Shown here piece by piece: positions 1 through 13,804 of a DNA stretch of 64,000 nucleotides; position 1 is the stretch's first letter; every line of letters starts with the position of its first letter. A program made the translations under genes and the position numbers. Below the pieces are notes generated by a model. The model did no database searches, had not been told where the DNA came from, and was given only the letters and a program-made list of their open reading frames with translations. Source of the DNA: Octopus vulgaris (lineage: Eukaryota); assembly GCA_951406725.2 (NCBI GenBank), contig OX597823.1, positions 49,352,001 through 49,416,000 of the forward strand, in the 5' to 3' direction.

Positions 1-495
1 AACATATGCACAACATCATTTTATGCGGATGAAGATCTTGTTTCACATGCGGTGTCACTTGTTTATCGGGGCTAAGCCATTCCTTACACTGCTTCATGTT
101 GATGTACGGGCACCATTTTTCATCGCCAGCAACAATTTGGTAAAGAAATCGTTGCTTGTGTCCATGAGTTGAGCGGTGACGAGCAAGCAAACCAGCGGAG
201 ATTGTGGAACACTGATTTTTGTTGTTGTCACTTAAAGTATGCGGAACCCATGTTCCATACTTCTGAACCTTTCCCATCAAGTGAAGATGCTTCTCTATTG
301 CAGTGTGGGAGCATTCCATTTTCTCTGCCAGTTCCCCTGTCATTTGACGAGAATTTTCGTGCAAAAGTTGGTTTAATCACCCTTCATCGAACTCAACAGG
401 ACAGCCAGAACGAGGTGCATCTTTGAGGTCAAAATACCCATTTTTGAACTTGGCATACCAATCACGAGCAGTTGTTTCAGCTATGGCACCCTCTC
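1..495 (-). mobile_element. Decayed mariner transposase fragment (HTH to the start of the catalytic domain), running off the window edge
   Basis: Minus-strand translation gives AETTARDWYAKFKNGYFDLKDAPRSGCPVEFDE and, near position 1, QDLHPHKMMLCIC (mariner 'LHPKKVMLCVWW'-like). Reading frame is disrupted. Confidence 0.85.
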
Positions 496-499
496 CTTC

Positions 500-575
500 C
501 AGCTTGCCAGCCCTGGTCAAACCGTCCAACCCATGCCAGCATGGACAAAGGACGTTAAATGATGATGATGATAAT
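500..575 (+). mobile_element. RTE-type 3' tail fragment (SINE or LINE end) with (GAT)n tail
   Basis: 'ccatgccagcatgga...gacgttaaatgatgatgat' recurs at ~21915, ~45502 and in reverse at ~24250, ~42785, ~53045 and ~62520; the last copy is the 3' end of the RTE ORF fragment. Confidence 0.75.
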
Positions 576-580
576 AATAT

Positions 581-645
<65 letters not shown>

Positions 646-1135
646 CAGAAAGACAGACAGACAGACAGATAGATAGATCAATGTGTTTGTGTTTTTGTCT
701 GTCTTCTACCACCGCTTGACAACTGGTGTTAGTCTGCTTATGCCACCATAACTTAGCAGTTCAGCAAAAAGTGATTAATATAGTAAGCACCAGAGTTGAA
801 AATAAAATAAGTACTGGGGTTGATTTGCTTGATTAAAACCTTCAAGGTGGTGCCCCAGCATGGCTGCAATCAAATGGCTGAAGCAAGTTAAAAAATAAAA
901 GAATAAAGATATTTATGCTGTTTTATCGCCATCTGACAAATGTGTGGCCTTGAGCCAATGTAACAAGACACCATCTTCAATCTCCCCATCTTCTTAATAT
1001 CCCTCCTCCTCCTCCTCCTCCCCCTCAATATTATCATCATCATCATCATCATCATTGTCATTTTCCTCATTGTCATTAACGTCTTTGTTATCATCATCAT
1101 TATTGTCATCATCGACGTCATCGTTGTCATAGTTG

Positions 1136-1175
<40 letters not shown>

Positions 1176-2077
1176 CATCATCATCATCACCATCCTCATC
1201 ATTATCAGCATTGTTGTTACTATCCTCATTAACTTAACATCTGCTTTTTTTTCATTTTTTTTTTTTTCATGCTGATATGGTTTGAACAGCTTTGCACTGA
1301 AGCAACTTTCCATCAGTTTTTATTTCAACATTTTCACGTTTGTTCTATGTTTTTCTCCTTCAGATCCAATTGTGCACTTTATTAAATTTTCTTTCATTTA
1401 TCTCTGCTTTTCACTTTCAGCTTAATCACGCTTATCACTTTCTTCAAAATTCTTTCTCTCTCTTGTAATTTGCTAAATAAAATATGTTCCCATTGCAGCA
1501 TTTTAAAACTATTTCTGATCTTGACTTCAAATTATTTGTAGTTTCTATTAGGATATGGTGCTTTTCAGCTATACACTATAGGGCATTATTTGGTCCTATT
1601 CTTGTGTGGCATGCTGCACACCAGATCAATCAAACTTATGTAAGCATCAGAATCAGCCAGAGGTTAAAACCCAAGTAGACAGATAAGACCAGCCAGTAGT
1701 TTTCAATACTAGGTGCAGAAGAACAGCCAAAATTCTCTTCCATTTATACTTTATTTGATGATTGTCATCCCACATCAAATAAAGTGTTACATACATACTT
1801 TCATATATGCATGTATGTATGTATGTATGTATGTATGTATGTATGTATGTATGTATGTATGTATGAATGTATGTATGAATGTATGTACATATGTACGTAT
1901 GCATGACAAATTAAGAAATAATTAATATCCAGTTGAATTAGGTACTTAAGTTGAGGCACCAAGTCAGTCCGGTATTATCCAAACAGCTTACTTTGAGCTA
2001 TGTATGTATGTATGTATGTATGTATGCATGCATGAATGTATGTACGTACATATGTATGTATGTATGTATGAATGTAT

Positions 2078-2480
2078 GCATGGCTGTGTGGTAAGAAGCT
2101 TGCTTTCCAACCACATGGGTCCAGGTTCAGTCCCACAGCATGGGACTTTGAACAAGTGTCTTCTTCTATAGCTATAAGCTCACCAAAGCTTCGTGGGTCC
2201 ATTTGGTAGACGGAAACTGAAAAAAACCTCTCATGTGTGTGTGTGTGAGTGCGTGTGCACGTGTCCTTGTGTCTATTTGTCCCTCCACCACCACTTAATG
2301 ACGGGTGTCAATGTGTTTACATCCCCATAACTTACCAGTTTGGCTAAAGAGACTGATAGCATAAGTACCAGGCTTGTAGAACAATAAGTACTAGGGTTGA
2401 TTCATTCAACTAAAAGCTCTTCAAGGCAGTGCCCCAGCATGGGCGCAGTTTAATGACTGAGACAAGTGAAAGATACAGGA
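2078..2480 (+). mobile_element. tRNA-derived SINE, family A
   Basis: A/B-box-like head (tggctgtgtggtaag...ggttcagtccc), internal (TG)n, 3' '...ccagcatg...gcagt...tgactga'; matches the copy at 31357. Confidence 0.85.
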
Positions 2481-2534
2481 TAAATGAATTGTTAGGGATG
2501 CAGAGTACTACTACTACTAATAATAATATTAGCA

Positions 2535-3320
2535 ATCCCTTTTATTATAAGCACAAGGCCTGAAATTTGGGAGAGGAGACCAGTCAATTAGATTGACCCC
2601 AGAAATCAACTGGTACTTAATTTATCAACTCCAAAAGGATGAAAGGTAAAATCAACCTCAGCGAAATTTGAACTCAGAACATAGCGATGGGCAAAATACC
2701 ACTAAGCATTTCACCCAGTGTGCTAATAACTCTGCCAGCTTGCCACCTTCATTACTGCTAATAATAACAATAATAATTATTGTTGTTGGCAGAATTTGAA
2801 CTCAGAATGTAGTGACGGGCGAAATACTGCTAAGCATTTCATCCAGTGTGCTAATGATTCTGCCAGCTCACTGCCTTGACAACAACAATAGCAAAAATTA
2901 TTTTAAAGTTTGGCTCAAGGCCGGCCATTCTGGAGGAGGTGTTAAGTCGATTACATCAACCCCAGTACTTAACTGGTTCTTATTTTATCGACCCCAAAAA
3001 GATGAAAGGCAAAGTCAACCTCGGGGGAATTTGAACTCAGAACATGAAGATGGACGAAATGCCGCTAAGCATTTTGCCCAGCATGCTAATGACTCTGCCA
3101 GCTTGCCACCTTAATAATAATAATAATAATAATGATCCTTTTTACTTTAGGCACAAAGCCTGAAATTGTAGGGAAGGGGTCTAGTTGATACATCAACCCC
3201 AAAAGGATGAAAGGCAAAGTTAACCTCGGTGGAATTTGAACTCAGAACATAGCAATGAGTGAAATATCACTAAGAATTTCATTCAGCATACTAATGATTC
3301 TACCAGCTCATCACCTTAGC

Positions 3321-3381
<61 letters not shown>

Positions 3382-4030
3382 CTGATTGCTTCAAATTTTT
3401 AACGCCAGATCTGCAATTATGGGGGAGGCTTAGTTAATTACATTAACCTCAGTATTTATCAGGAACTTCATTTTATTGACATGCCCACTGAAGGAATGAA
3501 AGGCAAAGTTGACATCACTAGGATATGAACTCCAAATATAAAGGGTCAGAAAGAATGTTAAGTATTATATCTGATTCCATTAGGTCACTGTCTTGACAGC
3601 AATAATAATAATCATATCTACTATAGGCACAAGGCCTGAAATTTGAGGAAGAGGGATATTCAATTACATTGACCCCAGTGTTTCACTGGCACTTAATTTA
3701 TCGACCCTGAAAGGATGAAAGGCAAAGCTGACCTTGACAGAATTTGAACTGAGCACATAAAACCACTAAGCATTTCACCCAGCATGCTGCCACCCAAGAA
3801 TTTGAACCTGGAGATCTCCATTTCCAGCAACTTCGAGGGCCACCTCCCAGTGGTGTTGGGCATCAACGAAGAGCCCTCGACTACAACAAGACGACCAAAG
3901 ATTTTTTTTTTCCAAGGTCTGGGGGTCTCCTGCCCCTAAGCTCTAGACCATCACCTAATCACCCTTACCCGTCTTGTTGCTTAACAACAACACCCTGCAT
4001 GCTAAAAATTCTGCCAGCTCATCGCCTTAA
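2535..4030 (-). mobile_element. Cluster of about 6 same-orientation family B SINE copies separated by (AAT)n
   Basis: Repeated block 'aaggatgaaaggcaaagt...gaatttgaactcagaac...ctaagcattt...ctgccagct', the reverse complement of the copy at 12926. Confidence 0.85.
3789..3990 (+). mobile_element. ~200-bp retroposed 3' fragment with (AAC)n tail, inserted into a SINE
   Basis: Flanked by a 13-bp near-perfect direct repeat caccc(a/t)gcatgct (3776-3788 and 3991-4003); the SINE sequence resumes after it. Confidence 0.65.
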
Positions 4031-4427
4031 CAGCAATGAAAATAATACAAGCATATGTATGTATATTTGTATATCTGTGAGTGTGTGTGTATGTATAGTT
4101 ATCATATCTGTGTCTTGGCAGAATACGATATTTGTAAATGTGTATCACTGTCATACAAGCAGCATCATTCATTTGCAACATGCCATAAAAACATGGCTGG
4201 ACATGGAAAAAAATATTATCTTGCATATCTAGCTTGGAAATAGATGGTTGTCAAGAGAAACAACATGTAGCTACGGGAAAATTTGCTTCTATCAATAATT
4301 TTCATTTGATCCACACAAGCATGGAAACGTAAATATCGAAACAATGATGATATTGATAATGATGATGATGATGATAATGATATGCATATGTATGCATGTA
4401 TGTACATGTATGTTTGTATACATATGT

Positions 4428-4620
4428 ACTGGACCACTGAACACAACATGTTCTTTTCATTCTCTCTCTGTTTATTTCCTTTTATTCCTTTCTGTCAAAA
4501 AGTAAAGGCTCAAAACGTAAAAGACTTTTCCATTTTTCCCAAGCATCAAACTAATACACTTGTTTGTTGTCCCTACACCCGTCTTTATCTTTTTGTTTCT
4601 CTACAAATTTGCACTATCTA
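4428..4620 (+). mobile_element. Penelope-terminal-repeat-like remnant with a degenerate minimal hammerhead motif
   Basis: Homologous to 9240-9425 (minus); 'ggctcaaaacgtaaaagac' matches a decayed GCTC-GAAA-C-GTA-AAAGA. Confidence 0.5.
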
Positions 4621-5050
4621 TCACTCTCTCTCTCTCTCTCTCTGTCTCTGTTTGTATGTATGTATGTATATATGTATGTATGTATGTGTGTGTAACTGTA
4701 TGAATATATATTTATACAATGTAATTTAGTATCACTCACTTGTCACCTGTACCTTAGGCTTGCTATCAGTACAATTTGTCAGATGAACTTTCTCTTTGTA
4801 GGCTAACAGTTTGGCTGTAAGCCAGGATGAAGAAAATAAACAATGAAAGTTGACTAAAACACAACTCTAGTGTAGGACAAAATGTCAATTTATGATTTTG
4901 CTTCAAGTCACAATTATTAATATTATTAACTACATCCAAAAGAGGCTGCTTTGCATAAATGCTTCTTATCTTATTTGTCCCTCACTAACCTCATGTACAT
5001 GCACACACATATATATATGTAGATATATAAATATACATATAAACATATAT

Positions 5051-5086
<36 letters not shown>

Positions 5087-5152
5087 CTATCTATCTATCT
5101 ATATATATATATATATATGTATAGTGTGTTAGGTGTGATGTACAGAAATTGA

Positions 5153-5319
5153 ATATTGAGAAAAAAAAGTCGTCAGAATTTGGGGAATAAATCCTTTTAT
5201 TTTTTCATTATTATTAGCACTTTCGTTCCTAATTTCTAGAAAAGAATAAAAGTGCTAATAATAATGAAGAAATAAAAGGATTTTTTCCAGAATTATTCTG
5301 ACGGCTTTTTTCTCAATAT
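5153..5319. repeat. Inverted-repeat element, ~70-bp arms
   Basis: attgagaaaaaaaagtcgtcagaa...ttattattagcacttt pairs with aaagtgctaataataa...ttctgacggcttttttctcaat. Confidence 0.85.
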
Positions 5320-5338
5320 ATATATATGTGTATGTATG

Positions 5339-5394
<56 letters not shown>

Positions 5395-5439
5395 ACGAAA
5401 AAAACATCACATGCCAAGGAAAAAAACCAGGAGTATTTG

Positions 5440-6240
5440 ATAGCTTCCACTAACTAGGTGACCAAGTCTGTAGTGGGTGTGGATGCTCTGAAAATGTAGC
5501 TGCTGCTAGAATAAGAATAGCCAGGGCAAAGTTCAGAGAGCTCCAACCTCTGCTGGCAACTAAGGGCCTCTCGCTCAGGGTGAAAGGTAGACTGTATGAT
5601 GCAAGTGGGCGAACTGCCATGCTACGCAACAATGAAAGATAGGCATGACTGCTGTGTGGCTTGAAAGAAATGAAGCTAGTATGATTCGCTGGTTGTGTAA
5701 TGTCAGTGTCCATACAGGACAGAGTGTAAGTGCTCTGAGAGATATAAAAGGCATCAATTGTGATGTGCAAGAGAGACGACTGTACTAATATGGTCATGTG
5801 TTATGTATGGATGAGGACAGCTGTCAGAAGTGCCACACCCTAACAGTGGAAGGAACTTTTGGATAAGGTAGACCCAGGAAGACATAGGATGAGGTGGTGA
5901 AGCATAACCTTCGAGCATTGAACCTTATAGAGGCAATGTCAAGAGACCAAGACCTTTGAAGATATGCTGTGATTGAGAAGACCTGGCAAGTAAAGTGAGA
6001 TCACAGATATGGGCAATACCAGTGATGCATGACCAGCCCATTTAAAAGTACCCTTGAAGCATCAGGCAATATGATATACTTGAGAAGATCTGTTGAGTCA
6101 AGTAAAATTGAAATCATAGCTGTAGCCAGTACCACCTGACTGGGCTACCATGCCAGTGGCACGTAAAATGCACCATCCAACCGTGGTGGATGCCAGTGCC
6201 CCCTGACTGGCTCCCAGGCCAGTGGTACGCAAAATGTATA
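5440..6240 (+). mobile_element. Decayed RTE-clade LINE 3' fragment
   Basis: Translates to LGDQV...RIRIARAKFRELQPLLATKGLSLRVKGRLYDA with frameshifts; homologous to 62500-63637. Confidence 0.88.
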
Positions 6241-6393
6241 TATATAATATATATACTTACAAATTGAAGATATAATTATTAAAATGATTATATTAGTGGC
6301 TAGTGTATAAGAAATAACCACATTGATAAAATTAATTTTTAAGTATATAATTATATTTATAATTACAATTATATGCTATATATATATATATAC

Positions 6394-6466
<73 letters not shown>

Positions 6467-6705
6467 TATAGAAAAATAGATATATGTGCGTGTGGTGTGT
6501 GTGTGCTGAAAAGTTCCTTGCTTTGTGAAAGGCCAACCTGGAGACCTAATTTTCTGAGTTCCTGTACAGAGCTTAGAAAACCTGAAGGCAATAAGTGCAT
6601 GAATCTGAGAGGAGAATATGTTAGATAAAATCATAATTAACTGATCCTACTGTATTTCCTTTTACCCAAAGCTAGGAACTTTCCAGTACTCATATTGTAT
6701 ATATA

Positions 6706-7714
6706 CAGTAATACCATACTTTATGAGGACTCACTTTACGAGACTCCGGTTTATGATATTTATTTTCCAAGCACAAGATCCAAATTTTCAAGTGCAAAAG
6801 TTTCTACTACCATAACAAATGCTTCTGCATAGTTACCAAGAGATTTATAGAGAGCGATAAAAAGCTTCTTCTAAGCAATCAACTCTAAACTTGTTTTTAA
6901 AAAGAACTCTACAAGTCTGTTTATGAGTGCTTGTGAATCATGATCGTATCTACAAGTGATGGTGTGCGCAAGTCTAGAGCAAGTGAAAGTGATGCAGAAA
7001 AGGATTATTCTTTCTTTCTTTTATTCTTTTATTTGTTTCAGTCATTTGACTGCAGCCATGCTGGAGCACCACCTTTAGTCGAGCAAATCGACCCCAGGAC
7101 TTATTCTTTGTGAGCCTAGTACTTATTCTATCAGTCTCTTTTGCCAAATCACTAAGTTATGGGGACGTAAACACACTATCATCAGTTGTCAAACGATGTT
7201 GGGGGGGGGAGACAAACACAAACACACAAACATACACACACACATACACACACACACACATACACACACGTACACACACATACACACACACACACACATA
7301 TATACGATGGGCTTCTTTTCAGTTTCCATCTACCAAATCCACTCACAAGGCTTTGATGGGCCTGAGGCTATAGTAGAAGACGCTTGCCCAAAGTACTACA
7401 CAGTGGGACTGAACTATGTCATTGGTAAGCAAGCTACTTACCACACAGCCACTCCTGTGCCTATAATAATATTTTTTATTATAAATCATCTTGACATTCT
7501 TTTTACTTTGCATGAAATATTCTTTACATTCTACAGTTGTTTTATTGCCATTTATTTATTAGTATTAATAAATTTTATCAGTAAAATATTTTTTCTGGAA
7601 ATGAACTATGATTTATAACATTGCTGCAATGGAAAATTATTGCTCTGCTTTATGAGTTTTCACTTTACGAGTGGCCTCCGGGAACAAATTAACTCGCATG
7701 TGAAGGCATTATTG
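6706..7714. mobile_element. pogo/Tigger-like non-autonomous element interrupted by a SINE
   Basis: Imperfect TIRs cagtaataccatactttatgag / ctcgcatgtgaaggcattattg, both flanked by TA. Confidence 0.55.
7015..7460 (-). mobile_element. SINE family A, near full length
   Basis: Reverse complement of the family A sequence, with internal (CA)n. Confidence 0.88.
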
Positions 7715-8042
7715 TATATCTAAACATATGCCAACACACACACACACACACATACACATATATATGTACACGTACGTATGCACCCAGAAATGAAAGCTAT
7801 AATAGTGGAGATGTCATACAAGCATCTAGAAATGCCAAAGAAACTTGTTAAAATATGACTTCAAGGTGTCTGGTATCATTAAGAGATAATGTAGTAATGC
7901 AATGAGCAATGTTTAGTTGCAGGTGTTTCAAATAAGGTGTGGCATTACTGTCATGTGGTTCCTTGACATGCAGGTTTCACTTCAGGAAATTCAAATAAAT
8001 TATACATACACAAATGCACATGCATGCACACGCACGCACACA

Positions 8043-8359
<317 letters not shown>

Positions 8360-8368
8360 GTTTATATG

Positions 8369-8414
<46 letters not shown>

Positions 8415-8571
8415 AGGGGGTATCAAATAGAATGTTTTTACATTACCTACAACCTTCACAGTCAAAGTTTACAAATGAAAAATAAGATTTTATTCACATT
8501 ATACATGTTTCAGGTATTCTGATTTACAGGTATTTTTGTGTAAATTTAAAGTATGTGTGCATTTGTGTGTG

Positions 8572-8605
<34 letters not shown>

Positions 8606-8903
8606 CATGTGCGTGTGTGTATGTGTGTGCATGCATGTGGGAGGAGTGAGTGTTTGTGTATGCATGGTTGTGTGTGATTGTGTCTGTATGTGTGCATGTG
8701 TGTGTATGAGTGTTTGTGTGTGTGTGTGCATGTATGTGAGTGTTTGTGTGTTTTTGTGTGTGTATTTCTTTGCTTGTGTGTTTTTATCTGGTGTGCGTGA
8801 TGAGTGTTACTCTATTCATTACATATCATTCAATATAGATTAATTTTCTTTTCTGAGACAGCAGTAAGCTAATTAATTTAATTGTATAATTTTATTTTGT
8901 CAT

Positions 8904-8943
<40 letters not shown>

Positions 8944-9239
8944 CACCATCATTATTATTATCATCATTTAATGTCCATTCTCTATGCATAGTTGGACAAG
9001 CTGCACCAGTCTCCATTTGTCTGTTTTGGCATGGCTTCTATGACTGGATGCCCTTCCTAATACCAACCACTTTACAGAGTATATTGGGTGCTTTTTATAT
9101 GGCTCCAACACAGGTGCTTTTTATGTAGCACCAGCATCAATGGGGTTGCCAAGTAGCTTGCCAGACAAAGACCTCTCAACTGAAATAGAAAGTGGAACAG
9201 AGGAAAGTGGCTGTGAGCCAGGAGAGAGGTTAGAGTATA

Positions 9240-9425
9240 ATATTTGAAATCTATAAAAAAACAAAAGCAAAGACAGGTGTATGAACAACAAGCAGGTGTA
9301 TTAGTTTGATGCTCAGGAAAATGAAAAAGTCTTTTATGTTTCAAGCTTACGCTCTTCAAAAGAAAGGAATAAGAGAAAATAAACTGAGAGAGAATAAAAC
9401 AAAAACTTGTAGATTTGACAGTCAA
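9240..9425 (-). mobile_element. Penelope-terminal-repeat-like remnant with a degenerate minimal hammerhead (9330-9363)
   Basis: Minus strand TCTT-TTGAAGA-GCGTAAGCTT-GAAA-CATA-AAAGA; same family as 4428-4620. Confidence 0.55.
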
Positions 9426-9699
9426 GGCAGAGAGAATTAGTCTTAATACAGAATGGATACTTAGCTACCCCAGTAGAACAGGGAAGGCGAGGAAGAAGAA
9501 AGAGGGTAAGAGAAAAAGAGAGACAATCAGAGTGAGAGAGTGAGAGAGAAATATTTGGTGATGGAGGTGTACTGAGGTCTATCTACAGGGAACAGTGATG
9601 GGTGGGAGTCTACCAAATCCTTTGGTCAGCCCAGGGCTTTAGTAGAAGACTCTTGTCCAAGGTGTCACATAGTGGGCTGGAACTAAGTCTGGAACCAAG

Positions 9700-9955
9700 T
9701 AGGGTAAGTTTCCCTTCTGAAGTCATGTCGACTCATAAAGGCCAGTTTCCTGGTTTCCATGGCATATATATTCCCCACCTGGATGGGATGCTGGTCCATC
9801 GCAGGATTATTCATTTTTGCCAGCTGAGAGGATTGGAGCAATGTGAAATGAAGCGTTGAGCTCAAGAACACAACACGTCAACCGGTCCAGGGATTGAAAC
9901 CGCAATCTTATGATCATGAGTCCAACACCCTAAACATTAAGCTACATGCCTCCAC
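9700..9955 (-). mobile_element. tRNA-derived SINE, family D (V-domain-like)
   Basis: tRNA-like head, then 'tgctccaatcctctcagctggcaaaaatga...ctgcgatggaccagcatcccatccagg'; the head is shared with 38300 and 45090. Confidence 0.7.
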
Positions 9956-11182
9956 ACCAGAACCATGTGATTGGGAAGCAAGTTTTTTACCACACAACCA
10001 CAAACACAGGTGCGCGCGCACACATACACAAACACACACATGTTCTCCCATATACACATACATCGACAGACATACATATAGACATACATCGACTGACATA
10101 TATATACACATATATAAACACACATACATAGACACACATGCACACACACACGCACGCACACTCACACACACGCACGTGCGCACACACACATACACAATCT
10201 ATAACAAGAGGAAACGCAAGGATCATAATTACTACAAAGAAAACCTAGAAGGCTATGGAAATTTCAGGTTTCTAGACCTGATTATAAATTATGGCAATGT
10301 TATGAAAATTCAACTTATTTCAAATTTTGTACAGATATTTAATTTGAATTTTTTTCATTATTGATTGTTTATACATATCAGTTTTATTTGTAAATGAATT
10401 TAATTTACAAAATATGAGAGAAAAACTGGTGCAATTAATTATTTTCAAATGTAAGGCTGGGGATTATTTCAACTATCATGCTAATGAATTTGATCTCTAG
10501 ATTCATTTCCTTTTAGCCACAGTAACAGAAACAAAATAATTTTCAACTGTATTAATCTAGAGTAATTATACATTGTCTTTTGATGAAATGGTATATAATA
10601 TTCTCTGGCATATAAGTCAACATAGTAAACATGTAGTGTAAACACTGAATCATTGTTACTCTCTTCCCAAATCCTGCTCATTTCACATTGAATTTTCAAG
10701 CTTCCAAAGTCATTGAATTTTCAGGCTTCCAAAGTCATCTTGGTCTATACGTTAACATACCTGTTTTGGGCTGTAAATTTTGATCTGAAAAATTCAACTT
10801 GTTTGCTGGAAAATATAATATATAACAGTCAAACTTTAATTTTTAACATTAATCTTTTATCTTTTATCTTTTACTTGTTTTAATCATCAGACTGTGGCCA
10901 TGCTGGTGCACCACGTTGAGGAATTTTAGTCAAATGAATTGAGCTCTGTACTTATTTTTTTTTTAAGCGTGGTAATTATTCTATCAGCCTCTTATGCTGA
11001 ACACCTATTTACAGGGATGTAAACACACCAACACTGGTTGTCAAGCAGTGATGGGGGATAAACAGATACAAAGATTATATATATATGGATAAAACTTACT
11101 TGGAAGAGGATGCGTGGCATTCAGTCATATAATAATATAAACAATGTACATACTTACATCTAAATACGTGTGTGTGTGTGTA

Positions 11183-11411
11183 TGCATATGTGGGCACAGG
11201 GCATCATGAAACATGTACAACAAAAAAAGAAACAGGAAGTACAAGTACATAGAATATAAACTATTTTTTCTGAAGGGTCGTTTTTTGTGTTGTTTGTCTT
11301 GTTTTCCATTTGTGTCTTTCGTTGTTCGGAAAAATAGTTCATATTCCATGTACTCGTACTTCATATTTTTTTGTTGTACACATTTCATGACGTCCTGTGC
11401 CCACATATGCA
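11183..11411. repeat. Inverted-repeat element, ~85-90-bp diverged arms
   Basis: tgcatatgtgggcacagggcatcatgaaa... pairs with ...tttcatgacgtcctgtgcccacatatgca; related to 35656-35831. Confidence 0.85.
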
Positions 11412-11439
11412 CATATACGTAAGTATATATATGCATATA

Positions 11440-11499
<60 letters not shown>

Positions 11500-11519
11500 A
11501 TGTATATATATATACCTAA

Positions 11520-11550
<31 letters not shown>

Positions 11551-11614
11551 CATAAATATATATGTATATATATACATAAATATATATATATAATATATAT
11601 ATATATATACATAC

Positions 11615-11659
<45 letters not shown>

Positions 11660-12873
11660 GACAGGCTTTTTTCAGTTTCCATCTATCAAATCCACCCACA
11701 AGGCTTTGATTGGCTCAAGGCTATAATAGGAGACACTTGCCCAAGGTATAACAAAGTGGGACTGAACCCTGAACAATGTGGTTGGGAAACAATCTTCTTA
11801 CCCCAGAGCCACATACTTTTAAAATTTTTGCTGCAAATTTTTTTGCTTGCTTCCTGAATTTTCACACAGACCCTATGAAACTATGCAGAAGTAACTCTGT
11901 ACATATAATAGTGTAATTTAATAGGACTGAACCAGACCTGAAACTATGTGAATGGAAAGCAAACTTATTGACCAGATAACCATGACTTAACCTATATATA
12001 TATATAGAGAGAGAGAGAGAGGCAGAAGCTAAAGAGGAGGTGCATGGTTACTCTAACCTTTCATCATCTGACACTTGATCCCCTCCTCCACTACTGAGTG
12101 GATCTGGTAAATGGAAACTGAAAGAAGCCAACTGTGTGAGTGTGTGTGTGTATGTGTGTGTATGTGTGCATCTTTTGTGTCTTTCGTTGTTCGGAAAAAT
12201 AGTTCATATTTTTGTGTTTGTCTTCCAGCACTGCTTGATAACTGGTATTGGTTTGTCTATGTACTTGTAACTTAGTGGTTCAGCTAAAGACCCCAATAGA
12301 ATAAGTACCTGACTTGAAAAAAAAAGTACTGGAGTTGATTTGTTCAATGAAGTGCACCAGCATGGCCACAGTCCAATGACTGGAATAAGTAAGTGTCTGT
12401 GTGGTAAGAAGCTTGCTTGCCACACAGACACTAACAAAGAAATAAAAAACATTAACAAAAAATAGCCCCTTGTGGGCAATAAAGAAATATGAAGCTTGCT
12501 TGCCAACCACATGATTCTGAGTTCAATCCCACCACATGGCACCTTGGTGAAGTGTCTTCTACTATAGCCACAAGCTGATTACAGCCTTCTGAATGGATTT
12601 GGTAGACAGAAACTGAAAGAAACCCATCATATCTATATTTATACATATATGTATATCTATGTGTTTGTTCCCACTGCACCACTTGACAACCAATAGTGGT
12701 GTGTTTATGTCCCTGTAACTTAGTAGCTTGGCAAAAGAGATCGATAGAATAAGTACTAGGCTTACAAAGAATTAGTCCTGGGCTTGATTTCTTTGCATAA
12801 AACCCTTTAATGCAGTGCTCCAGCATGTCAAAAGATGGAAACAAATAAAATATATATATATACATATACATAC

Positions 12874-12925
<52 letters not shown>

Positions 12926-12926
<1 letters not shown>

Positions 12927-13154
12927 GTGGCGAGCTGGCAGAATCGTTTGCATGCCGGGCGAAATGTGTAGCTGTATTTCGTCTGCCATTACGTTCTGAG
13001 TTCAAATTCCGCCGAGGTCAACTTTGCCTTTCATCCTTTCGGGGTCGATTAAATAAATACCAGTTACGCACTGGGGTCGATGTAATCGACTTAATCCGTT
13101 TGTCTGTCTTTGTTTGTCCTCCCTGTGTTTAGCCCCTTGTGGGTAGTAAAGAAA
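12926..13154 (+). mobile_element. SINE family B, young full-length copy
   Basis: ggcgagctggcagaatcg...gagttcaaattcc (B box)...ctttcatcctttcggggtcga...; CpG-rich and embedded in (TA)n. Confidence 0.9.
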
Positions 13155-13170
13155 TATATATATATATATA

Positions 13171-13554
13171 TGAATGGAGTTAAATGCAGGTGTATTTCAA
13201 ATTCTTTTACTTCCGACATATGTTTCAAAGACAACATTTGTATTATTCCAAAGAAATAAACTGGTGTAAAATAATGTAATCTTCTCATCAGGGAAAGAGG
13301 AAAAGAAACCAAACTCATCAATAAGACATTTTAAGTGAATGTGATGGATGTGTATAATGAAGAATGGAACGCTCTTAAGTTCTTTTAAAAATCCGTTAGA
13401 AGATATAACATCAAAGGTAGCCTATAGAAAGAGAAGGGATAAAGGAAAGAAATATGCTTATTCCTTTGGAATAATACCAATCTTTGAAACATATGTTTGA
13501 AACATATGTTGGAAGGAAAAGAATTTGAATAACACCTGCGTTTAACTCCATTTA
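13171..13554. repeat. Inverted-repeat element, ~90-bp arms, carrying a hammerhead in the left arm
   Basis: aatggagttaaatgcaggtgtatttcaaattctttt... pairs with ...aaaagaatttgaataacacctgcgtttaactccatt. Confidence 0.85.
13211..13295 (-). ncRNA. Type I hammerhead ribozyme motif, canonical core
   Basis: TTCC-CTGATGA-GAAGA...TCTTT-GAAA-CATATG-TC-GGAA: stem I, CUGAUGA core, stem II with a long loop, palindromic stem III ACATATGT, GUC site. Confidence 0.75.
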
Positions 13555-13804
13555 TTTATTTATATATATTATGCAAAATATTTCACATCAACCTAGAGTT
13601 TCTACCTTTACATCCTTATTATTTGTGTAATTTTTTGCTGCCCTGGTAACTGTTTATTTATTTTTTCTGTGTTAATTGTTAACAAGGGCAAAATACACAC
13701 ATCCATTTATATATATATAAATAGTAGAAATATAAATATATAACAGGAGCAAATATACTGGAGTTTCAGTAGATACCACGTGGCATAATTATGAGTTGAA
13801 AATT

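Noticed and set aside
1290-1760. Possible decayed transposase or exon
   Set aside because: Stops interrupt the frames I examined and no motif could be assigned with confidence.
2535-4030. CRISPR-like repeat/spacer appearance
   Set aside because: Units are ~200-bp diverged SINEs in eukaryotic DNA; no cas genes or constant short repeats.
10687-10739. 25-bp tandem duplication
   Set aside because: Ordinary local slippage duplication.
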